Part shown: positions 55,401 through 64,000 of the stretch, in pieces
Position numbering within the stretch: position 1 is the stretch's first letter
How the letters are laid out: each line of letters begins with the position of its first letter
NCBI RefSeq assembly: GCF_000150275.1
Contig: NW_002060956.1
Location: 1,238,280-1,302,279 of the forward strand
Direction: 5' to 3'
From: Trichoplax adhaerens
Taxonomy: Eukaryota; Animalia; Placozoa
DNA: 64,000 nt
The notes under the pieces: model-generated
Database searches by the model: none
What the model saw: the letters and a program-made list of their open reading frames with translations, nothing else
What the model was told of the DNA's origin: nothing
Made by a program: the position numbers and the translations under genes

Positions 55401-55903
55401 ATATGAATAATATATAGAATACGAGAGGATAAAAGTTATCGACGTCTTATACCATCTAATGCACTACTTCTGTTAAGCATAGGGTGTTGCATAATACACA
55501 TGCAGACTAAATGCGCTTGCATATAATGAGCAACTATAATTCAAAAATTCTTTACTCTGGTTATGTAAAATAAGACTATAACATTACAGATCCGTTCTTA
55601 ATTAACTAACGTATATGTATTGTAAGGCGATGAAATATTGATTGGCCGAAAGCATTATATTGTTTGTAAAGTGGAAATAAACAGTATTACTTATTGTTCA
55701 TAGTTGACCATCAACACTATATTATTTGTACCATAAACAGTAGTTTCGCTATACTTTGTCATCAATGATTCAATTTATTTTTTCTAGTATCTTACCTGAG
55801 CTAGAAAATAGGCATACGTTATTGAACAAACTATGGAATCTAAATCTGCTGCTTCATTCCCCATAACTATATGAATATTTTCTTTGACTTCAACAAGGGA
55901 TGA
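49449..55903 (-). CDS. PRUNE2: PRUNE2/BMCC1-like protein: DHH/DHHA2 exopolyphosphatase domain + acidic disordered linker + BNIP-2/Cdc42GAP homology (BCH, CRAL-TRIO) domain
   Basis: Minus-strand exons 55903-55796 (HIVMGNEAADLDS), 54430-54050 (IVDHNRL, IVDHH, VGSCATLI), 53935-53349 (LLLSAIIVDTANL..DLLRKDYK..SRKVIMP), 53097-53033, 52909-50665 (S/T/E/D/N-rich), 50523-50375 (IEEYTAEEE..WRLVNIG..YRKVVSHG), 50264-50165, 50065-49934 (WLKKCYKTIDR), 49803-49717 (RLRKNL), 49557-49449 (PKFGRKIKFVSSLEEL). All junctions are phase-compatible. The first exon is unresolved (candidate ~56098-56140, FFLNCCRAT) and the exact 3' end is uncertain. Confidence 0.85.
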
Positions 55904-58900
55904 CTAGAAAAAAAAGGATTAACATGTAAATTAATTTAAGATAGGCAAATTTCGCCACTTTAAAATTTTAAAATGAAAAATAGTTCTATAGTAATAAGTG
56001 AAGTTTCCAAAAGCATAAAATAAAATCTGTACACAGAGTAATTTTTTAGAGAGACTAATCTGTAATAAACTTAAAAAATAGATCACCCGTGTTTACAGTG
56101 GCACGACAACAATTAAGAAAAAAATTATAGGATACATCCTCTACAAATGTTCACACGATGAAGTACTAGTCAATTCATTACTCTCTATATTCTGAACGTT
56201 AATTTATCTACACTGTTGGCTCGTTTTTCGGCTTCATTGTCAAATAAATTCCTAAGTTTTTATAATATTAATGCAGTGCTTATTTAACAAAGACAACAAC
56301 TACTTCCTATATGTACAGTACTAGGGTAAATTAATTATTTCCGCCATGAAATCAAACTTGAAGCAAGTTCGATCAAGATAAAACTTGCTATCCAAGTAAT
56401 AGTGCAATTAACGCCGTTTCTCTATTAACGGTACATTAGATTTCATAGTCGAGATTACCAGTGTGATGGAATACGGTATCAATCCGGTTATCATCATGCA
56501 AACATTATAAAATAACTTAAAAATTAAAATTAATCCATGGTACTGTATCGCGGGCTATGATAACATTGTTCGCATTTAATCATCTTTTATCTTAAAATTG
56601 TTATTTCTCCCTTTCCCCTCCCCCCCCCTCAAAAATAAAAATAAAAGGAAGATGGATGATACGATCATACTGTGTCTTCTTGCTGGCATAAAATCAAGTA
56701 AGAATATCGATTAGAAATTGTAGATAAAAAAGTTGGCGTCATAACGTATGGAAATGCTCGTTTTATGGTAGCTTGTGAAGGGGTTCATTTTATTTCGATC
56801 GCTGCTACCTATGTACGAGTATAATTATTCAAACAATTCAACTACTGAGGTAATAATATTCTTATGATGATGAAAATAATATTAGATATCGGTATGGTCA
56901 AGTTGAAAAAATTAGTAAGCTTCTTCCGATCGTGTTAATCAATAATTCATTAATCGTCCTATCTTTGGCTATAGAAAGTATCATAGCTACGATAAGATCA
57001 ATGTGTGTCGTTTATGATTAGTCTAGGAAAAATGAAGCCTACTTGAACATGTCCTATTGGAAGACTATCTTGCACCTTGGCTGTAGTATTAAAATCATCA
57101 TGTACGGTTAGTACACAAGATCGTTCCATGTTAGCATCAATATTAGCATAACTAAACAATTGAGTATAGTATATCCACGATACGAATGACAGATTATTCC
57201 AAGTGACGATAATATGCAAAGACGTCAAGGTATGAATGTGGTTTCTTTAAAAAAGATCGCAGCACTTGATGAGTGAATAATGCAGGTATAAAACCAATGT
57301 TACGTGTATACTAGACCTGATAGCATTTTCAAGCATGTGTCGAGGATAACGAAGTCAAATGTATTCCTACATCGCTATTGCTAGCATTTATTTCCTGTCC
57401 ACTCTTATAGAAGAAGAATCCCGCATGATCGTAAAAATAATAAGGGTAGCAAGCCTATACCTTGAACTACCTTCACATAACCTAAACTGAATCTTGGTCA
57501 ACCCATAGGCCAATGATCAACATGGTTCTATCGACAGTTGGAAGGCATTTTGTCACTATCCTATCTATCCATGAAGAGTAAGCTATACGCGTACGTGTAG
57601 GTATCGATCGATGTTGAACAGCAGCCATTCATTTATGCATGACATGATGGGATGATTACTGGCTGCTTTGGACAGTACAGTCGTTGATTACCGTTGACAG
57701 CGAAAATTTGAAAATGATGAGCGTGTATTTACTTTCGAATACTTGTACACGGTATTAAGGGATTAATCTGATCTCCATGTCCAACTAGAATCCACTTTGT
57801 AAGTAGAACAATAGCGGTACAAACCGTCAAAATGAATCAAATACATTATTATATCGACGATGTCCACGTTGACTAAAAAAGAAGATTGAAAATTAGCGCG
57901 ACCTACCATCAAGCTCGCCATGCATGACTATCAAAGTGGACGGTAGACCCATCCTTTGACAATCGATTGGGGATCAATTTTCATTGTAAAATGAAGATTT
58001 GCAAGAGGATCAAACCACTAAAGGTAGCATTGTATCTAATCAGCTTAGCGACGAGCATTAAATACACTCATTGATGAAGAAAAAAATAATTGTATCCAAG
58101 CATAGCAAACTATGTGGATTAAGCACATTGAATCAACCTATCTATCAATGAGGTCGTTTTCATGCGTCTGCATCCGCCTATCGCAATATTGGTGATAGAA
58201 TGTAATGTTGAACATGAAGATTATTCAAGACATATCGGATAGAATATAACCTATCCGATAGTAGCTCAGTATCGATCATTGTAAAGCACTATTTTATCGA
58301 ATTGGACTGAATTTAGAAAGCCTATCAGCTAGAATAGAAGCAATTTCAACATACGCCATGTCCACTGATTGAAGAGTAGACTAGCAATAGTACTATGATG
58401 TCGCATGCACTCTCATTGGCTTGTAGTACTATCGTCTCAGCGAGTATGGTGCCCTTAGGCTAACAGGACACACAACGTCTATTCTCAACCTTGTCTAAAA
58501 GAACGATAGATCCACCTTCAGATTTAGCTTGATAAAGATGTGTTAGCAACTTACATGGGTGTATTTTTTACTTGTTCTGAGATATCTTTCCATGATTTGA
58601 TGTCAATTTGAAGCAAGGAGGGCAAAAAGGTGCAAGGTGTTGCAGGCAAATCAGCCTTTTGAAAATGTTCCACATCGAGATGGAAGCTACATACGCTGCC
58701 CTCGACACTCTACCATGGACGCTACAACATAACCCTTGCTGCTATACTGTACGCAGTAGTACTGCCGAAAAGCCGAGTACAGTATGGACGAATTGGTAGG
58801 CTGGTGCCATGGTATGTCATTTCCAGTGCTTGATGCTACAGTACTGTCGTACAAAGTATTGTAGAATGCAGACTGTACACGGTACAGTAGTGGTGGTCTG

Positions 58901-59234
58901 GTTCCGGAACGATACGGTAACGTAACGTAATGTTGCTTGCATTTTCTACGCAATACTGTTCCTACCCTACTGTATCATGCTCGACTTATGATATTCTACT
59001 GTAAGTGTACAACAGTGATCGATGGTGATGGTATGCTGGGTAGCAGCCTTGCAAAAGCGAGCCTACACTGCTGTTGCCAGACGTGCCACGATCGTACGTG
59101 ATGTTGACAAAAAACGTGGTGACAATTTTTACTGGTCAATTTACTGTACCGGTAGACTGGAACGGGTACGCTTACTGATGGTGACTTCAACTGACCTGAT
59201 TGGGCGGTACGATCGACCAGACGCGTCACCCTAG

Positions 59235-59727
59235 TCGATGGAGTTCGCTCCGTTACCGCACCACAGTACAGTGTACTGTACGCGAACAGAGGCACAGTAC
59301 TGTACACTGTACTGTCAAATCAGTTCAAATAGCGGGTTGACGTTGTTTTCACGTCAAGCGTTTGCACGTCAACCTCAAGTCAATCGACGTGCAGTACTCG
59401 ATGGAGTTCGCTCTGTTACCGTACCACAGTACAGTGTACTGTACGCGAACAGAGGCACAGTACTGTACACTGTATAGTTCAAATGACCAGCCAAATAGCG
59501 GGTTGACGTTGGTTTCACGTCAAGCGTTTGCACGTCAACCTCAAGTCAATCGACGTGCAGTACTCGATGGAGTTCGCTCTGTTACCGTACCACAGTACAG
59601 TGTACTGTACGCGAACAGAGGCACAGTACTGTACACTGTATAGTTCAAATGACCAGCCAAATAGCGGGTTGACGTTGGTTTCACGTCAACCGTTTGCACG
59701 TCAACCTCAAGTCAATCGACGTGCAGT
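59235..59727. repeat. Young GC/CpG-rich tandem array, 163-166 bp x3
   Basis: Units start tcgatggagttcgctc at 59235, 59398 and 59564; copies 2 and 3 are nearly identical; each unit has internal inverted repeats. Confidence 0.95.
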
Positions 59728-61554
59728 GCCTTCATTCTTTTGCCTGTCACGCCACCATAATGGCTCCACTCTACTCTACGGTAGACGGCAGGATGGATCA
59801 GAGACTGCTGACCAAAATGAAACTTTTCAGCAAAGAAGATGAACATTACTGAACTACTCAAACAATTTTTAATTTCTACCACCATTGTATGAGTGGAGAA
59901 TGGACACTGTGCTGTACTTGACAAAGTAGCAGTAAGGGATTGTCAACGTTCAAAAAAAACAACGTTTCTCTTGCCTCTTTTGATACAACAGCAACTCCTT
60001 GACCTGAAGTGAATATGATGGTGTCGTGCTGGAAAAGTAGTGAAATAAATGCAATGCTTCAAAATCATCTCCAAAAGATGGATGATACAGTGATATACTG
60101 TAGGACAGAATCTGCAAATGAATGAATTGATTACTAAGTTGTATTTCAGTTGTGCTACGCTAACAAAACACGGAGTGCAGCAGCACTCTATTCTTTGTAC
60201 TAGTCCTGTATTGCAGGGCTTATGTTAATGCTCACACGACATAAAATCGTCTCCATAGCTCCAAAATGCCTTTTGCCAAGTATTCTACAACTAGGATCAT
60301 AACTTATCATAGCTGAACCTCTATATCATGCCATATCAAACATCCCGGGCTGATGGACTCTGATCATGATGATAAAAGACACTACTTATATATTCATGCA
60401 ACTGCAGTTAGAGGGTAAAGGTGTTCAAGCGCTCGAGCATGTAATTAGCAACTGTGTTGCTTGGCAATTTGGACTGGTAAAGATAATCTAATCAAGTGGT
60501 GTAACCACATTCTGAAATAACTATAGTCCTACCCTAGCATAATACAATAATATTCAGAGTCTGGTGCATAATGGATACATGTTTACCTCCATGGCTCCAT
60601 CTACTGCAGTACTGTATGTTCGTCCCTTTCCCTTACCACAATGGATTAGGGTGGGACCCATCGAAAAAGGAAATTTTTTTCTCTCCTTTTTCAGATATTT
60701 CTGGCTGTAAGTCGTGCTGTGCTGTTGCCAAACATGCATTGCAATAACTTTAAGCTACGATATTGAACCCTACTATCTAGGTAAAGATGAAATTGCCCTT
60801 AATATCTATGAAAAGCTTTCTAATACATCAATCTAACCTTTTTCTCTACCCCTTCCACCCAAGTACAAGTTTCTGTAGCAGAGCAGACAGACATTGTACC
60901 CTTACTAATTACCTCTACAACGATTACTAAGTTGATCCATGGCCAATTAGTTACGTTCAAATTATAGCAATGATAACACAGCATACCGTGGATACTAATA
61001 GTATTATTACATAGCTCAATTACACCAGTTATCATAACTTTGATATTACTTAGCTAAAACAATCATACCCAAAGGCTCTTTATTGGCAACCATCGATTGA
61101 AATTGCAATAACAATTTGCAATTGTTTTCCACAAAATGCCCCCTCATAAATTAAACAAAACAGCGTTCATTCCATAGAGCAATGGAAATAATATAATCAT
61201 GTCCTATTCAGACTTGATATTGTTTTAATTAATAAGCACGGCATCTCATTAAAGATGTTGTGCATAACGTGGATGAACAGTACTGTATACGAAGAATGTT
61301 ATGGATATCAAATCTCTGCTTACCTTATTGTATTCTCCATCATATTCAGCTCATTTAAGCTAGGATATACTGTACGCTATGGACATAAGTGAAAAAGCTA
61401 TATATAGTCAATTTTTATCCTTGATTGAGTAAGATACCTTACGACGTGCTAATTATTACTCGCGATAGCACTCAACTCACTGAACGGAAATACAATATTA
61501 AAAAAAAATAATAGTTAAACCACAATCAATCAGTTCTTTCCTTATAAAGTTCAT

Positions 61555-63424
61555 ATGTTGGGCCAGTTTTCAATCAGACATAGTAAATTTCGCCACGTCT
61601 ATGGCCAACCTTATAGAAGAGACTTGTGCTATGATAGTATCCATGTCGCTAAGAATGCCTTCGACTCCTCATATTGTGCGGTAAACGGTAAATTTATTGC
61701 TGTAATATTAAGTAGTGGTGGAGGAGGCTCTTTTCTCGTCCTACAAAAGGAGAAGGTATGTTTACGAAGCATGATTTACCATTTCAGAATAGGCAATAAT
61801 CAACTAATTTCTCTTGACTAAAGTAGCTCATACTTAAATCCTGTACATTAGAGATTTTCACTAGCACAGAATACAGTGCACTGAAATGCAATATTAAACT
61901 AAACGCATAATGTATAGGGTGAAAATAAAACAGTATCAAAATTTCCTCAGCGTGTATACGTCCATCAATCTATTATTGATGGATTGAATTATTGTAATAT
62001 ATGAAATCAAAAATCCCATTGCATTAGTGCGATATACATATATAGATCCACTAAAGAATAAAACGTATGATAACAACATACTCTATCTCACCATGATTCC
62101 AAAATAAGTTATTTCTCCAAGGTATAGGTCACGTTATAACAGCTACTCAAGAAATGTCCATTCTAACGTACAAATACGTTCAACACTAATTTCTATTTGC
62201 ACTGTTTCGATTTTTAAATGACTTAATTGATTAACTCATTACAAAGTCCATCTACTGTACTTATCTATCATCAATCTTTTTACTTTACTGACCCTGTAAA
62301 CTAAATAACTTTCCTTAATCTACCGTATTCTAATCACACCCTTATTTTAATCTTTCATATCGAAAATTTATTTATAACACAGACAGGTCGGGTGGGTATT
62401 AAATGCCCTCGAGTTGTTGGCCACAGAGGACCTGTTTTAGATATTGCATGGAATCCATTCAACGAAAACATTATAGCATCATGTAGCGAAGATCATAGCA
62501 TCAGAATATGGTTTATACCGGACGATGGCATACCATTAAAGATTAAAAAGCAGGATGATGAAGAAGAAAGAGTAGAGGAATTAGACGAGTCAGTCATAAT
62601 ACTAAATGGTCATTCACGCCGTGTCAACATGGTAGTCTGGCATCCAACCGCTAATAATGTACTTGCAAGTAGTAGCTATGATTTAAGCGTAGTAATTTGG
62701 AATGTTGCCCAAGGTTCTATCTTAAATCGAATCGACTGCCATAAACTACCTATTTTTTGTATTGCATTCAACAACGATGGCAGCTTGCTAGCATCCACAA
62801 GTAAGGATAAAAAACTAAGAGTGATTGATCCAAAGACATCGGAAGTTAAAAACGTGAGTTTACTGTTTATTTTAGTGTCTTATCCAAATTTTCATTATAA
62901 TTATGGAATAAGTTGTGTAGCTTGTTCAAAGCCAATTCACTGCTTATCAGAAAGTATAAAAAATTAAATAAAACTAATGAAAAGTACCCTTACTTTCTAT
63001 TTCGACAATCTTTTTTATTTCCGCTAACATTTTAAATAACTGTTATTACTTTAACCCATATTTAATCGAAAGTTGCTTGAATTCACTCTACTCTATCATT
63101 TAGATCAGATATTGACTATTTTACCTTTCTTCCTAATAAATATCTTGGCCCATCAAATAAATAGTTACAACTGCTGTTTGATCTAATAATTCTATAGTGT
63201 TCAAAATTGTATTACTATTGATATAAATAATGCCATTATTCTGAGGATTAGCTAACTTAATTAACATCATATTACGTTTTTACTTGTTGGTATTATATTG
63301 CTAGGAAGGCATATGTCACTTCGGTTTAAAAGGTGCTCGCGTCATCTTTGCTGGAAAATTTAATAAAATCATAACTACTGGCTTTTCTAAACACAGTGAA
63401 CGTCAATTTGCTGTCTGGGATCCG
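61555..63424 (+). CDS. coro: Coronin (short type, WD40 actin-binding protein), 5' part; continues beyond the window
   Basis: Exons 61555-61755 (SKFRHVYG..CAVNGKFIAV..GGGGSFLV), 62383-62853 (TGRV..VVGHRGPVLDIAWNPFNENIIASCSED..GHSRRV..WHPTANNVLAS..KDKKLRVIDP), 63305-63424 (TTGFSKHSERQFAVWDP). These are diagnostic coronin motifs. Confidence 0.95.
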
Positions 63425-64000
63425 GTAATCATTAAACTTTTTTTACTTTATTTATGATAAACAAAATCGAATGCTGACCGTTTGCTCAAGGGTTGTAGCT
63501 GATCATCTTGATTTAGCTGTTTTTTCACTATGGTCTTGCATATTACTTACATGTATACGGTGCCACATCTAATTGCATATATATATATATATTTAGTAGA
63601 AGTTTCTCGTAAATGGAATTTAGCTCCATCTGTGACGTCAAGCTGTTACATGTATTGATGTTGATTATAATCCTAAATCATAGCACCGTTATTGAAGTAG
63701 AGAAATTTTAAAATTAATATGCACATGTACCAGTAATTACATCGCAAACAATATTTAACATAGTAATGACAGACTCACTAATTACATTTTTCTTGAAAAA
63801 TTTGATTTTTAGCAGTTTCGCATCAATGTTGCTACGTAAATTAGTCAATTACTGCTCTATAAAATTCCTATGTGATCACAGTCTAGAATATATTTCTTTT
63901 AAGTATTACTCCTAATCTACTCTTTCCATACATCGAAATTTTCAATACTTATAAACTTAATTTGAAATAATTGATGTATCATATTTATCAATCTATAAAA

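Noticed and set aside
56998-58600. Possible extra minus-strand exon (~57044-57150) or LINE relic (LYQAKSEGG at ~58515-58545)
   Set aside because: No continuous frame and no RT or endonuclease motifs; the similarity is too short.
59235-59727. CRISPR-like array
   Set aside because: Whole units are repeated with no unique spacers; no cas genes; eukaryotic context.
59022-59924. Several overlapping ORFs with repeated peptides
   Set aside because: They are translations of the 163-166 bp tandem array; the frame shifts between units and there are no protein motifs.

Overview
AT-rich eukaryotic genomic DNA with short GT-AG introns, animal-type genes, and no prokaryotic features. Compact introns and gene content would fit a placozoan (Trichoplax-like) genome, but that is inference. 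I assembled exons by hand from splice sites and reading-frame phase and found six protein-coding genes. (1) A multi-exon Fes/Fer-like gene (coiled coil/F-BAR-like + SH2 + tyrosine-kinase fold, 4396-14246 +) that has lost every canonical catalytic residue and the SH2 FLVR arginine, so it is a probable pseudokinase. (2-4) A tandem cluster of three divergent Sel1-like-repeat (SLR) paralogs (25250-30389, 34591-38637, 45068-48356, all +). In each, the repeat region is one very large exon followed by small exons encoding coiled-coil or acidic tails. All three predicted C-termini look like PDZ ligands, one paralog has an N-myristoylation motif and one has an extra unannotated domain. (5) A minus-strand gene that splices an intact DHH/PRUNE exopolyphosphatase domain through a long acidic linker to a BNIP-2/BCH (CRAL-TRIO) domain, i.e. 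a PRUNE2/BMCC1-type architecture with catalytic motifs retained. (6) The 5' part of a coronin gene running off the window end. Non-coding DNA holds many degenerate local tandem duplications, several with ~163-172 bp units, a young CpG-rich three-copy array between the PRUNE2-like and coronin genes, and ACTGT/ACAGT-rich tracts.
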